NCBI GenBank assembly: GCA_964599075.1
Contig: CAZREG010000003.1
Coordinates: forward strand, 21,257 to 85,256
DNA from: an uncultured Spirochaetaceae bacterium
GTDB lineage: Bacteria; Spirochaetota; Spirochaetia; DSM-27196; SLST01
Reading direction: 5' to 3'
DNA: 64,000 nucleotides
Both the position numbers and the translations under genes were made by a program. Under the pieces are notes generated by a model. It saw nothing but the letters and a program-made list of their open reading frames with translations, was not told where the DNA came from and did not search any database. Below, in pieces: positions 8,878-18,554 of this stretch. The stretch's first letter is position 1, and the number at the start of each line of letters is the position of its first letter.

Positions 8878-9958
8878 GGCCGACCGCTCCTTCGCGCGCC
8901 TGGATGAGCTGTGTCACAGTGGATGAGAAGGTCTCGGTTCGCAGCATAGGTGCGTCGCGAAGCGCCTCAAGCGTGGCCGAACCGGTGAGCACCATTGCGG
9001 TGCGGAGCACCCGGCCGAACCGCTGTGCAAGTGCTACCCCCGCATCCACTCCTCCGCTCTGAACGGCTCTGACAAACGGCAGCGCCATCCCAACGCTGTG
9101 CGCCCCAAGGGCCACGCACTTGGCCAGGTCCATGCCGGTGCGAAGCCCGCCTGAGGCGAGCACTTTCCCACGCAGGTGCGAGAGGGTGGCAAGCAACGGT
9201 CCGGTCGGGGTTCCCCAGTCAGAGAACTCCCGGGCAACAAGCTCATCCTCCCCGTGGAGGCGGTAGCGCTCAACGGTGATCCAGTTCGTCCCGCCGCTTC
9301 CGGCTATGTCCACATAGAAGGCGCCTGCAGCAAGCAGCTGTTCCGCCTCCCATGGCGCAATGCCGCAACCGGTTTCCTTTACCAGCACCGGAACGGGAGA
9401 CTCACTGCAGAGCCTGCGCACCCCCTCGAGTACTCCGCGGAATCCCCGGTCTCCCTCAGGCTGCGCGAGCTCCTGGCCCGGGTTGAGGTGCACGGCAACG
9501 CCGTCTACACCGAGCTCCTGAAGCAGTTCGATGAGCGGCCGATTGTCCGCGTCAATGAGCTGGACTCCCCCAATGTTTGCAAACACCGGCACATCCGGGG
9601 CGTACGTTTTCAGGCGGAAGTGATCAATCACCTCAGGCTTGCGGAACAGGATGCGGATAGAGCCCATGCCCACCGGGATTCCAGTTCTCTGTGCCACCTC
9701 AGCGAGTTGCTTGTTGACCCGGTAACTCTCAGTGCTCCCCCCGGTCATGGAGCTGATGAACAGGGGCATCGAGACGCCGGTCCCGAGAAACTCTGTCTGA
9801 ATGCGGACCTCGCGCTCGTCAATCTCAGGGAGTGCCCGGTGGACGAAGTGAAGACCGGCAAGGCCGGTCGTTCCCCCCTCCACGTCGTAGGTGTCGGGTT
9901 GGGAGCAGATCTCGAGGTGCTGCGCCTTTCGATCGCCTATAGAGTGCCCGTCGCTCAT
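8861..9958 (-). CDS. fni: type 2 isopentenyl-diphosphate delta-isomerase (FMN-dependent)
   Basis: RKAQHLEIC, ISSMTGG, IAGSGGTNW and ASGGLRTGMD motifs of the IDI-2 TIM barrel. Confidence 0.9.
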   Translation of the reverse strand: MSDGHSIGDRKAQHLEICSQPDTYDVEGGTTGLAGLHFVHRALPEIDEREVRIQTEFLGTGVSMPLFISSMTGGSTESYRVNKQLAEVAQRTGIPVGMGSIRILFRKPEVIDHFRLKTYAPDVPVFANIGGVQLIDADNRPLIELLQELGVDGVAVHLNPGQELAQPEGDRGFRGVLEGVRRLCSESPVPVLVKETGCGIAPWEAEQLLAAGAFYVDIAGSGGTNWITVERYRLHGEDELVAREFSDWGTPTGPLLATLSHLRGKVLASGGLRTGMDLAKCVALGAHSVGMALPFVRAVQSGGVDAGVALAQRFGRVLRTAMVLTGSATLEALRDAPMLRTETFSSTVTQLIQAREGAVGRGPLS

Positions 9959-11256
9959 GATCCGGCGAAGAAGGAGTACTGACGATAACCGTCATCACGA
10001 ATACCGGAGAGGTAGAACCGGTGCGACGGAATGGAGGCTGCGGTGAGAAGCGACTCAAGGGTCCCATTCTGGTGTGGTGCCCTGAGCCAGGTCTCGTACT
10101 GTTCAACACTTGCGTCATACTGGTGCGCGTAGATCGCGTCCAGATCCCAGCTCGCGATGACCTGCGGCGCCTGCGGTGCGACCCTGCCACTGATCACTAC
10201 CATGGTGTTTCCTGAACCGTATGAAGCCATCAGGAACGACTTGCCCACAATCTCGTTGCCATACTTCTCATAGCGCTCTCGAAGCAGGAACGCCATTGCA
10301 AGGAACGTGCTTGCGGTATAGAGATTACCAACTTTTCTATTCGGTTCCAGGCTCATCTCAAAACCGGTAGATGCGACGAACTGGTCCAGGTCATCCTGAT
10401 GCATGCCGGTGTGGTGGCTGACCAGACGGTGGAACGCGGTGAGCGCCATGAGCTTGAACGGCACGTGAAAGAAAAACATGTCCGTGCCGCGAATGACCTC
10501 TTCCGGGGCCGCACCACGGCGGTCACAGTGATCCTGAAACGCAACGTCGAGCGCCTCGTTGTAGCACTGCATGGAGTAGGTACCCTTCACCTTTGCGGTT
10601 ACTGAACCGTTTGGACGGAAGAAGTCGTCCACGTCGCGGGAGCAGAAGCCGGGAGTGCTCATATCCAGTTCGAGCAGACGGGGATTCTGCTCTACAAGCA
10701 GGCTGACCGACCCCGCGCCTTGTGTGATCTCTGCGGTCGACGGAGCGTCGTATCGTGCAATGTCAGAGCTCACCACAAGCCCGGACTCGTTTCGCGGTGC
10801 AATAGAGAGCATACCCGCAATGCTCATCATGGCGATAGTGCCGCCGGCGCAGGCGTGCTGTGCCTGAAAGGTGAGAAGCCTCTCCGGTACCTGGAGTCCA
10901 CTTCTCTGGAGCATGCCCTCCAGGTAGGCCGCCATCGGTTTGGACTGATCAACGGTGGTCTCTGTGCCGGCCCCTATATAGCGCAGTCGCTTCGTGGCCT
11001 CGGGGTTGCGGTCCAACAGCTCGTAGGCAGACTGGCCGGCAATCGTGGCACTGTCCTCCCACGGCTCCGGGAATCGAATGGCCTCCTGTCCGGTCTTCTC
11101 CACTGCCCTCCGCAGCCGCCGCTCGAGCGCCGGCTGCTGACGCACCCTGTAGTCAATCAGGGCGTCAAGTGCCATTCGCGGCGACGGCACGAAGATCTGA
11201 AGGTCGCTGATTCCTACCGGCTTCTGTTCCATCACTAGTGCTGCCTTTCTACTCAA
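9955..11256 (-). CDS. mvaS: hydroxymethylglutaryl-CoA synthase
   Basis: Thiolase-like fold with catalytic-Cys context QHACAGGT, FFHVPF and SYGSGN. The start could instead be the internal ATG at 11232 (MEQKPVGISD). Confidence 0.9.
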   Translation of the reverse strand: MSRKAALVMEQKPVGISDLQIFVPSPRMALDALIDYRVRQQPALERRLRRAVEKTGQEAIRFPEPWEDSATIAGQSAYELLDRNPEATKRLRYIGAGTETTVDQSKPMAAYLEGMLQRSGLQVPERLLTFQAQHACAGGTIAMMSIAGMLSIAPRNESGLVVSSDIARYDAPSTAEITQGAGSVSLLVEQNPRLLELDMSTPGFCSRDVDDFFRPNGSVTAKVKGTYSMQCYNEALDVAFQDHCDRRGAAPEEVIRGTDMFFFHVPFKLMALTAFHRLVSHHTGMHQDDLDQFVASTGFEMSLEPNRKVGNLYTASTFLAMAFLLRERYEKYGNEIVGKSFLMASYGSGNTMVVISGRVAPQAPQVIASWDLDAIYAHQYDASVEQYETWLRAPHQNGTLESLLTAASIPSHRFYLSGIRDDGYRQYSFFAGS

Positions 11257-11380
11257 GAATATGGAGTGCGTCTAATATACGGGTCGCTCTTTTGGGCGGC
11301 AAACAAAATCTTGACGTACCGGCAATAGATTTGAACACTCAAATAGCTTTACTCAATGAAAGAGCTCTCCTTTTGGCGCT

Positions 11381-12496
11381 ATGCCGCTATTTACCCGGCA
11401 TTTCCTGTCTCACTACCTTGAACAGGTGCACTACAAGCTGCTGCTCTCCGGCGGCGTTGACAGTTCCACCGCGCTAGCGGAGCTTGCCTCGGCGGGCCAC
11501 GACGTCTCGGCCTACTACTTGAAAGTATGGCTGGAGGATGAGCTCAGCTATCTTGGGGCCTGCCCCTGGGAGGCTGATCTGGAGTACGCCCGGGCAGTCT
11601 GCTCGCAGTACCATGTTCCGCTGACCGTTGTCCCCCTCCAGCTCCAGTACCATGAGGCAGTGGTCTCCTACACGCTTTCCGAGCTCAAGCGCGGTCGAAC
11701 ACCCAGTCCGGATATCTTTTGTAATGAGCGGATCAAGTTCGGGGCCTTTCTCGACTACCTGCTCTCATCCGGGCAGCTGGGAGCGGATGATCGGATTGCC
11801 TCCGGGCACTACGCCCGGATAGACCGGTCTGACGGGCAGGTGCTGTTGAAGCGCTCGCCCGACCAGGTGAAAGACCAGACCTACTTTCTCTCCCATCTCT
11901 CCCGGCAGCAGCTTGCCAGGCTGGAGTTCCCCATTGGCGCGTGGACGAAAGCAGAATTGCGGCGACGGGCCGCTGAGCTGGACATCCCGGCGCGTGACCG
12001 AAAAGATAGTCAGGGTATCTGTTTTCTGGGAAAGATCCGATACCCGGAGTTTGTCCGACACTACCTTGGTGAGAAGCCGGGAGAGATAGTTGAGCTTGAA
12101 AGCGGCCGGCGCCTGGGCGATCACCGTGGCTACTGGTTCCACACCATCGGTCAGCGCCAGGGATTGGGATTGAGCGGCGGACCGTGGTACGTGGTCAAGA
12201 AAGAGATGGAAACGAATACTATCTTTGTCTCTCACGCTGAGCATATCGACCGGCAGGGACGACGCGCACTGTTGCTCAGTGATCTGCACTGGACCGGCAC
12301 GCCGACGGCCCTGAAGCGCGTCCAGGTCAAGCTGCGTCACGGCCCGGCGATGCACCCGGCCCGGCTGAGCTGGACCGGTGAGGACGAGATGTCCGTAGAG
12401 CTTGACGAGCCTGATCGCGGTATAGCTCCGGGTCAGTTTGTTGTGCTGTATGATGGGGAGGTCTGTCTGGGGGCCGGCTCGATCAAGGGGGAGTGA
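11381..12496 (+). CDS. mnmA: tRNA 2-thiouridine(34) synthase MnmA
   Basis: PP-loop LLLSGGVDSS, PDIFCN, KDQTYFL, KDSQGICFLG. Start is uncertain; GTG 11426 would give a more typical short N-terminus. Confidence 0.9.
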   Translation: MPLFTRHFLSHYLEQVHYKLLLSGGVDSSTALAELASAGHDVSAYYLKVWLEDELSYLGACPWEADLEYARAVCSQYHVPLTVVPLQLQYHEAVVSYTLSELKRGRTPSPDIFCNERIKFGAFLDYLLSSGQLGADDRIASGHYARIDRSDGQVLLKRSPDQVKDQTYFLSHLSRQQLARLEFPIGAWTKAELRRRAAELDIPARDRKDSQGICFLGKIRYPEFVRHYLGEKPGEIVELESGRRLGDHRGYWFHTIGQRQGLGLSGGPWYVVKKEMETNTIFVSHAEHIDRQGRRALLLSDLHWTGTPTALKRVQVKLRHGPAMHPARLSWTGEDEMSVELDEPDRGIAPGQFVVLYDGEVCLGAGSIKGE

Positions 12497-13170
12497 TGCA
12501 CATCCTGGTGCTCGAAGATGATGAGAAGATCTCTCAGTTCGTGGTTCGTGGACTCAAGGAGGCCGGATACGCGGTTGACAGCTTTGAGCGGGCAGAGCAT
12601 GCGTTGCCCCGGCTTGCCGACGGAGCCTACGACGCGGCCGTTGTGGATGTAATGCTTCCCGGCATGGATGGGCTGGAGATGATTGAACAGCTGCGGGGTC
12701 GGGGCGTTGATACTCCAATCCTGGTTCTCAGCGCCAAGCGCTCGGTCGACGATCGGGTCAGTGGATTCACCCGTGGCGGTGACGACTACCTCACCAAGCC
12801 GTTTTCATTCTCAGAGCTTCTGGTGCGCATCCAGGCGCTCATCCGGCGCAGCTCTCAGAGCTCCGGTCCTACCACTCTCTCTGCCGCCGGATTGGAGATG
12901 GATCTTCTCGCCCGGACCGTTCGTCGGGAAGATGCAGAGATCGATCTGCAACCCCGAGAGTTTGCCCTGCTTGAGTACCTCCTTCGAAATCCGGATCGCG
13001 TTCTCTCAAAGACCATGATCATGGAACACGTGTGGGACTATGACTTTGATCCACAGACCAACGTTGTAGATGTGCTGGTGTCCCGCCTGCGCGGCAAGGT
13101 GGACAAAGACTTTGACCGGAAGCTCATCCACACGGTGCGAGGAGTAGGGTATGTCCTACGAACCAGCTAA
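12493..13170 (+). CDS. OmpR-family response regulator
   Basis: Receiver ILVLEDDE..VVDVMLPGMDG..KPF plus winged-helix REFALLEYL..TVRGVGY. ATGA overlap with mnmA. Confidence 0.9.
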   Translation: MMHILVLEDDEKISQFVVRGLKEAGYAVDSFERAEHALPRLADGAYDAAVVDVMLPGMDGLEMIEQLRGRGVDTPILVLSAKRSVDDRVSGFTRGGDDYLTKPFSFSELLVRIQALIRRSSQSSGPTTLSAAGLEMDLLARTVRREDAEIDLQPREFALLEYLLRNPDRVLSKTMIMEHVWDYDFDPQTNVVDVLVSRLRGKVDKDFDRKLIHTVRGVGYVLRTS

Positions 13171-14614
13171 GGGGAGTTCCTGGCGAGTACTTGGTCGGGT
13201 CGATATCAGACTCACGCTCTGGTTCACGCTGATCTTTCTCCTGGCCTCCCTGCTGCTGTTCGGGCTCACCTTCATCAACCTCTATCAGACACTGCGGGAT
13301 CAGGAACGGCGTGAGCTGCAGAACCGTGCGCTGGGGTACATGCTCCAGTACCGTCGCCACGCGAGCGCGGAGGCGGGGCTCACCTATCTGCTGAATGAGA
13401 TCAGCAGCGATATCCAGACGCCCTCCGGTCGGCCGTTCTTCGCACGGGTGACAACCCATGACAATCAGCTCCTCTTTCAGGTCATTCCTGAGCTCGACTG
13501 GCAGACAGTGGATCTGAGCGTACTGCGAACGGCTGACGAACCCCACCACGAGGGCTTCCTGATTATAGAGGCGGAGCAGTTCGACTACCAGGTGGAGGTG
13601 CTTGGAGTCTCGCTCAGTGACAACTTTGTGCTCCAGCTTGGCGCGGCAACGGACAATCGTTCGCGCGTGCTTGCTGTATTTCAGCGCAGCTTTCTGCTCA
13701 CCTTCCTGGCGATGCTCGGCTTCAGCGCCATTGGTGGCCTCTTCTTCGCCTCACGGACACTGCGTCCGATCGGGTCGCTCAATTCCGCCATCAAATCGAT
13801 CGTAGAGACCGGTGAGCTTCACCGTCGTATTCCCACATCTGAGACCCGGGACGACCTGGACGACATGACCCACTCGTTTAACGACATGCTCGATCGCATT
13901 GAGACGCTTGTCACCAGTCTGCGCGACGCGCTCGACGCGGTCGCCCACGATCTGCGGACACCGTTGACCAGGCTGCGTAACACGGCCGAGAGGGCGATCC
14001 TGCATGAGACTGAGCCTGACCGGTACCGCGAGGCACTCTCGGACGCAATGGAGGAGTCCGAGCGCATACTGGGCATGCTGAACAGCATGATGGATATCTC
14101 GGAGGCGGAGAGTGGCGCGATGAACCTGCACCGGGAGGCTGTGGACCTTGCTGAGGTTGCCCGGGAGGTGGCTGACGTCTACTCGATCGTTGCGGAGGAG
14201 TCCCGTATGCAGATCACGGTGGAGGGCAACGGCCCGGTGACCGTTCTGGCGGACCCGGCACGAATCCGTCAGGTGATCGGCAATCTCTACGACAACGCAC
14301 TGAAGTACGGGGATGAGGGCAGCACCGTGACGGTCTTATGCACAAACCGATCGGCAGCTCTCAACGGGGAGTCCGCCGGCGTGCTGCAGGTCACCAATGC
14401 GGGGCCGGGCATAGCGCAGGATGATCTGGGCCACGTCTGGACCCGGCTCTACCGGGGTAGCCGGCATGGCTCACGTCGGGACGGTCTGGGACTTGGCCTG
14501 GCCATGGTGCGCGCCATTGTCCAGGCACACGGTGGGCAGGCCACCGTTGAGAGCACCCCCGGAGAGACCACAACCTTCACCGTACACCTTCCGTCAACCA
14601 TTACAAATCTGTAA
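13151..14614 (+). CDS. sensor histidine kinase (two TM, HAMP, HisKA, HATPase_c)
   Basis: H-box VAHDLRTPLT, N-box NLYDNALKY, G-boxes GPGI and DGLGLGLAMV. Two hydrophobic segments flank a periplasmic region of about 140 aa. Confidence 0.9.
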   Translation: MSYEPAKGSSWRVLGRVDIRLTLWFTLIFLLASLLLFGLTFINLYQTLRDQERRELQNRALGYMLQYRRHASAEAGLTYLLNEISSDIQTPSGRPFFARVTTHDNQLLFQVIPELDWQTVDLSVLRTADEPHHEGFLIIEAEQFDYQVEVLGVSLSDNFVLQLGAATDNRSRVLAVFQRSFLLTFLAMLGFSAIGGLFFASRTLRPIGSLNSAIKSIVETGELHRRIPTSETRDDLDDMTHSFNDMLDRIETLVTSLRDALDAVAHDLRTPLTRLRNTAERAILHETEPDRYREALSDAMEESERILGMLNSMMDISEAESGAMNLHREAVDLAEVAREVADVYSIVAEESRMQITVEGNGPVTVLADPARIRQVIGNLYDNALKYGDEGSTVTVLCTNRSAALNGESAGVLQVTNAGPGIAQDDLGHVWTRLYRGSRHGSRRDGLGLGLAMVRAIVQAHGGQATVESTPGETTTFTVHLPSTITNL

Positions 14615-14674
14615 CCGTCCGGCAACCATTCAGCAATAGTCTCACCGTATACTCTCCATTGTCAGGAACCAGAG

Positions 14675-16186
14675 ATGATAGCGGAAATGAAGCCAGGAAA
14701 AACGAGCGTACGACACAGAGACAGACAAATCGCATTTGTGATTGCGATGGTCGTTCTGGCTGGGTTCGCCCTGGGCCCGACCGCAGTAGCGGTACAGGCT
14801 CAGAGCTCTGCAGCGCCTTCCACCAATCCCACCTTGCCTGAAACCCCCGCAAGTGAGGAGGTGCTGTGGGCCTACCAGAACGCCTTTCGCAATGCGGCCC
14901 AGATGGCCCTGCCGGTTGTCGTACGGATAGATATTGCTGAGGTCGTCACCCGGACACAGCGATCGTTTGCGAATCCGTTCAGTTTCTTCTTCGGGCGCGA
15001 GCGTGAAGCGCCGGAGGAGCAGACCCGCGAGTTCACCCGAACCGGGCTTGGCTCCGGAGTTATCGTGCGGCGGATCGGCTCTAAGGTGTACGTTCTCACG
15101 AACGATCACGTAGTGGGTGACGCGGATGAGATCACTCTGACTCTGAATGACGGACGGAGATTTGACGCGGTCCTCCTGGGAACCGACAGCAGACGTGACC
15201 TGGCGGTTGTCGTGTTCGAGACGGGGGAAGAGGTACCGTTAGCCACACTCGGTGACAGCAGTAACGTGGCGATCGGGGACTGGGCGTTCGCTATTGGAAA
15301 CCCGCTCGGTTTTGAGAGCACCGTTACCTCCGGGATTATCAGTGCCGTCGGTCGCAGACCGGAGGGCGCCGGTCAGCAGATCTCCCCGCTGACTGACTAC
15401 CTCCAGACTGATGCGGCAATCAACCAGGGGAACTCCGGTGGGGCGCTCGTCAACCTGGCCGGAGAGGTGATAGGAATCAATACCTGGATCGCGAGCCGGT
15501 CCGGAGGCAACATCGGTCTTGGATTTGCTATCCCGATCAACAATGCACGGGAAGCGATGGAAGAGCTGATCACTCTTGGTCGCGTGCAGGACGGATGGCT
15601 GGGAATTCGAGCTGGAAGCGCGCTTGATGGATCCATGGTGGCCAGTCTGGAGCTTTCCAACGACGCCGGCGTTCTGGTGGCAAGCACCTATCGCGGATCC
15701 CCGGCGTCAGACGCCGGGTTGCTGCCCGGGGACGTGATTGTCCGGATTGACGATCGGCCGATAAGCCGGTTCGAAGATCTGGTCAACATAGTAGGCAATA
15801 TCTCCCCCGGTGAGTTTGCCACGTTTCGCATTGAGCGGGATGGTCGATCCATTACCCGTCAGATTCAGATTGGCGTGCGAGATGAAGAGAGCATCCGCGC
15901 GCTCGAACCGTGGCCGGGCTTTATTGTCATGCCACTGACAGATGACCTTCGCACCGGTCTTGGGCTGAGGAATGAGCCTGGTCAGATTGTAGTGGGGGAT
16001 ATAGAGCCGCTGAGCCCCGCTGCCCGGGCGGGCCTGCGACGGGGTGACGTGATTCGAGCGGTTAACTCGACAGAGATTCTGAATGTGTCCGAGTTTTATC
16101 GGGCGCTCAACAGGCAGGCCGATGGGGAGTTCGCGTTTCGCATATCCCGCATGGGGCGCGAACTCCTTATCGGACTTGTCCGATAA
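14675..16186 (+). CDS. htrA: HtrA/DegP-family periplasmic serine protease with two PDZ domains
   Basis: Trypsin-like triad context TNDHVV, RRDLAVV, GNSGGALV, followed by two PDZ-like regions. N-terminal signal/anchor IAFVIAMVVLAGFALGPTAVAVQA. Confidence 0.9.
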   Translation: MIAEMKPGKTSVRHRDRQIAFVIAMVVLAGFALGPTAVAVQAQSSAAPSTNPTLPETPASEEVLWAYQNAFRNAAQMALPVVVRIDIAEVVTRTQRSFANPFSFFFGREREAPEEQTREFTRTGLGSGVIVRRIGSKVYVLTNDHVVGDADEITLTLNDGRRFDAVLLGTDSRRDLAVVVFETGEEVPLATLGDSSNVAIGDWAFAIGNPLGFESTVTSGIISAVGRRPEGAGQQISPLTDYLQTDAAINQGNSGGALVNLAGEVIGINTWIASRSGGNIGLGFAIPINNAREAMEELITLGRVQDGWLGIRAGSALDGSMVASLELSNDAGVLVASTYRGSPASDAGLLPGDVIVRIDDRPISRFEDLVNIVGNISPGEFATFRIERDGRSITRQIQIGVRDEESIRALEPWPGFIVMPLTDDLRTGLGLRNEPGQIVVGDIEPLSPAARAGLRRGDVIRAVNSTEILNVSEFYRALNRQADGEFAFRISRMGRELLIGLVR

Positions 16187-16205
16187 GAATACTCCTCTCC
16201 TTCTT

Positions 16206-16243
16206 GGCAGTCCCGCGGTCGTTGGCCCGGGGCTGCCTTTTTT
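16206..16243 (+). terminator. rho-independent terminator after htrA
   Basis: 10-bp stem GGCAGTCCCG (16206-16215) / CGGGGCTGCC (16228-16237) with one G-U pair, then T6 (16238-16243). Confidence 0.55.
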
Positions 16244-16259
16244 GTACCTTCGACCGCGC

Positions 16260-17327
16260 ATGGTGGAAACGAGGACGCTCCCTCAGACAGAACGGACGGC
16301 TCCGGTGCTCTCCCCGCAGGATCATGCGCCCGGCAGCCGGCCGCTCGCCCCGCCGGTGAGTATTGCTCCTATGATGGAGAAGACCGATCGGCACTACCGC
16401 TACCTTATGCGCCTGATCACCCGACGGACGTTGCTCTACACGGAGATGATTACCTCAGGAGCAATAGTACATGGGGACCGTGACTACCTGCTGAGCTTTG
16501 AGCCGGTCGAGCATCCAATTGCCTTGCAGCTTGGCGGTGACGATCCGCAGGAGCTGGCGGCAGCGATCCGGATTGCGGAAGGTTACGGCTACGACGAGTA
16601 CAATCTGAACGTTGGATGTCCGAGCGACCGCGTGCAGAACGCCAACTTTGGCGCCTGCCTTATGGCGGATCCCGGACGCGTACGGGAGCTTGTTGCGGCT
16701 ATGCGTGAGGCGACTGCGCAGCCGGTGACCGTGAAGCATCGGATTGGAATAGACGGCCGGGAGAGCTACGCGGAGCTTCGGGAGTTCGTAGAGACGGTTG
16801 AGCAGGCTCGGCCGGCACGCTTCACCGTACATGCGCGTATTGCCGTCCTCACCGGCCTCTCACCCAAGGAAAACCGCACCGTTCCCCCGCTTCGCTACCA
16901 GGACGTATACCGGCTCAAGCAGGAGCTACCTGATCTGCAGGTTGAGATCAATGGCCATATCAAGAGCGTGGAAGAGATCCATCGCCACCTCGCCAGGCTT
17001 GATGCGGTGATGGTGGGCAGGGCTGCGTACGACGAGCCGTGGTTCTTTCATCGCGTAGACCCTGAGTTCTTTGGAGCTGCACCACCTACGCGGAACCGCG
17101 GAGAGGTGATCGACCGCATGATTCCCTACATTGAGCGCTGGGCGGCCAACGGCTGGCCGGAGCGGTCAATTCTTCGGCACATGCTCGGGCTGTTCACCGG
17201 CACTCCGGGGACCCGGCGTTACAAGCAGGCGCTGAGCGGGCCGCTGACCCCAGGTCAGGGTGTGGCGGCACTGAAGGAGGCTGCCGCTGCTATACCCGAC
17301 GCCGTTCTCCGGGAGGGGGCCTGGTGA
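16260..17327 (+). CDS. dusA: tRNA dihydrouridine synthase (DusA-like)
   Basis: IAPMMEKTDRHYRYLMR, LNVGCPS and VKHRIG motifs. Start set to ATG 16260 because track start 16083 lies inside htrA and upstream of the htrA terminator. Confidence 0.85.
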   Translation: MVETRTLPQTERTAPVLSPQDHAPGSRPLAPPVSIAPMMEKTDRHYRYLMRLITRRTLLYTEMITSGAIVHGDRDYLLSFEPVEHPIALQLGGDDPQELAAAIRIAEGYGYDEYNLNVGCPSDRVQNANFGACLMADPGRVRELVAAMREATAQPVTVKHRIGIDGRESYAELREFVETVEQARPARFTVHARIAVLTGLSPKENRTVPPLRYQDVYRLKQELPDLQVEINGHIKSVEEIHRHLARLDAVMVGRAAYDEPWFFHRVDPEFFGAAPPTRNRGEVIDRMIPYIERWAANGWPERSILRHMLGLFTGTPGTRRYKQALSGPLTPGQGVAALKEAAAAIPDAVLREGAW

Positions 17328-18055
17328 GCGATCGGCAGGAGAGCTGTCCGCAGGCGCTTCTCTCACCGCTGTCGCCTCACCGTGTGCTCGACGTGGGCTG
17401 TGGAGACGGAAGCTTCACCCGCACGCTTGCAGCGCTCCTGCGCTCTGCCCACGAGATCCTTGGGATAGATCCAGACAAGGACAGCATCGACGAGGCCCGT
17501 ACGCTTACGGGGGACCCGCGTGTCCGCTATCGCGTTCTCGCCGACCATGAGCTGACCAGGGCAAGCGGTCGGTACAATCTAGTTTCAATCTCCAACACGC
17601 TCCATCACCTGACTCAGCCGGTCCTCTCCATCCGCAGAGTGCAGACGTTTCTCGCGCCCGGAGGCCTTCTGCTGGTGCGGGAAATGGTCAGCGATGGGCT
17701 TACTGAGGCGGAGGTGAACAGCAGGGAGATCCATCACGTAAAGGCGGAGGTCGACCGGGCGTGCGGGAGGGTGCATGATCCGACCTATACGCGGGAGCAG
17801 ATCAGGCGGATTGTCCACGAAGGCGCTGCCGGCTGGAAGATTCTTGCCTCGTGCGAAGAGCACTCCACCCCGGTTCCCGACACCGGTGCGCTCGACTACG
17901 TTCGCGGCTACCTGTCCCATCTCAGCGACCAGCGGTTGATTGAACTCTCCGGGAGACGACTGGATGAAGTTGGAGCCGCTATTGCCCGGGTGGGGATTGC
18001 TCAGCCTCCTCGTCTGCTGGTGCTTCTGGCTGCCCCTGATAAATCGATCTCATGA
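17324..18055 (+). CDS. class I SAM-dependent methyltransferase
   Basis: Motif I VLDVGCGDGSFT and post-I/II pattern LAPGGLLLV. 4-nt overlap with dusA. Confidence 0.75.
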   Translation: MSDRQESCPQALLSPLSPHRVLDVGCGDGSFTRTLAALLRSAHEILGIDPDKDSIDEARTLTGDPRVRYRVLADHELTRASGRYNLVSISNTLHHLTQPVLSIRRVQTFLAPGGLLLVREMVSDGLTEAEVNSREIHHVKAEVDRACGRVHDPTYTREQIRRIVHEGAAGWKILASCEEHSTPVPDTGALDYVRGYLSHLSDQRLIELSGRRLDEVGAAIARVGIAQPPRLLVLLAAPDKSIS

Positions 18056-18554
18056 TCTGTATCAGGCTGAGCACCACAAAGAGCGTGAGCAACATGACGG
18101 CCAATAACTGCAGGCGAAGCGTAACGGCAACTGCTGAAAGGGAGAAAAGTGCCGTGAGAATGCCCACCACCAGCAGATGGAACAGGTGAGTGATCCAGAC
18201 CGCCCGCTGCGCAGCCGGCGAACTTCCAACGGGAAAGCGGCGTACCAGACGGTCCAGGTCAACGGTTGCCACCAGCGTTAGCGCTCCGGTAATGGAGAGC
18301 CAGAGCAAACTCTCACGAAAGCCCCAGACCAGCAGCAAGCCCAGTACCAGATAGAGCGGTGCGACTACCTGGTCACTTCGCGCGGGGAACGTACGCCAGA
18401 GCGTGATGCCCGCCGCCGGTACCATTGCGGCTATCGCTACACCAACCCAGTTGCCGACCACTCCCTGGTGCACTCCGGCTGCTGCAGCCGTCAGGATAAG
18501 AACAAGATCCCGTGCCAGTCGGACTTGGCGAAAGAGAGCGCTCGAACGGCTCAT
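17979..18554 (-). CDS. polytopic membrane protein, unknown function (last gene of MoxR module A)
   Basis: 191 aa with about 5-6 hydrophobic helices and an acidic C-terminal tail. 4-nt overlap with the upstream DUF58 gene. Its 3' end overlaps the methyltransferase by 77 nt. Confidence 0.5.
   Translation of the reverse strand: MSRSSALFRQVRLARDLVLILTAAAAGVHQGVVGNWVGVAIAAMVPAAGITLWRTFPARSDQVVAPLYLVLGLLLVWGFRESLLWLSITGALTLVATVDLDRLVRRFPVGSSPAAQRAVWITHLFHLLVVGILTALFSLSAVAVTLRLQLLAVMLLTLFVVLSLIQIMRSIYQGQPEAPADEEAEQSPPGQ

Noticed and set aside
16083-16259. An upstream extension of the dusA ORF into htrA.
   Set aside because: It overlaps the htrA coding end and contains the htrA terminator hairpin with its T6 run. 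The DusA similarity starts after ATG 16260.
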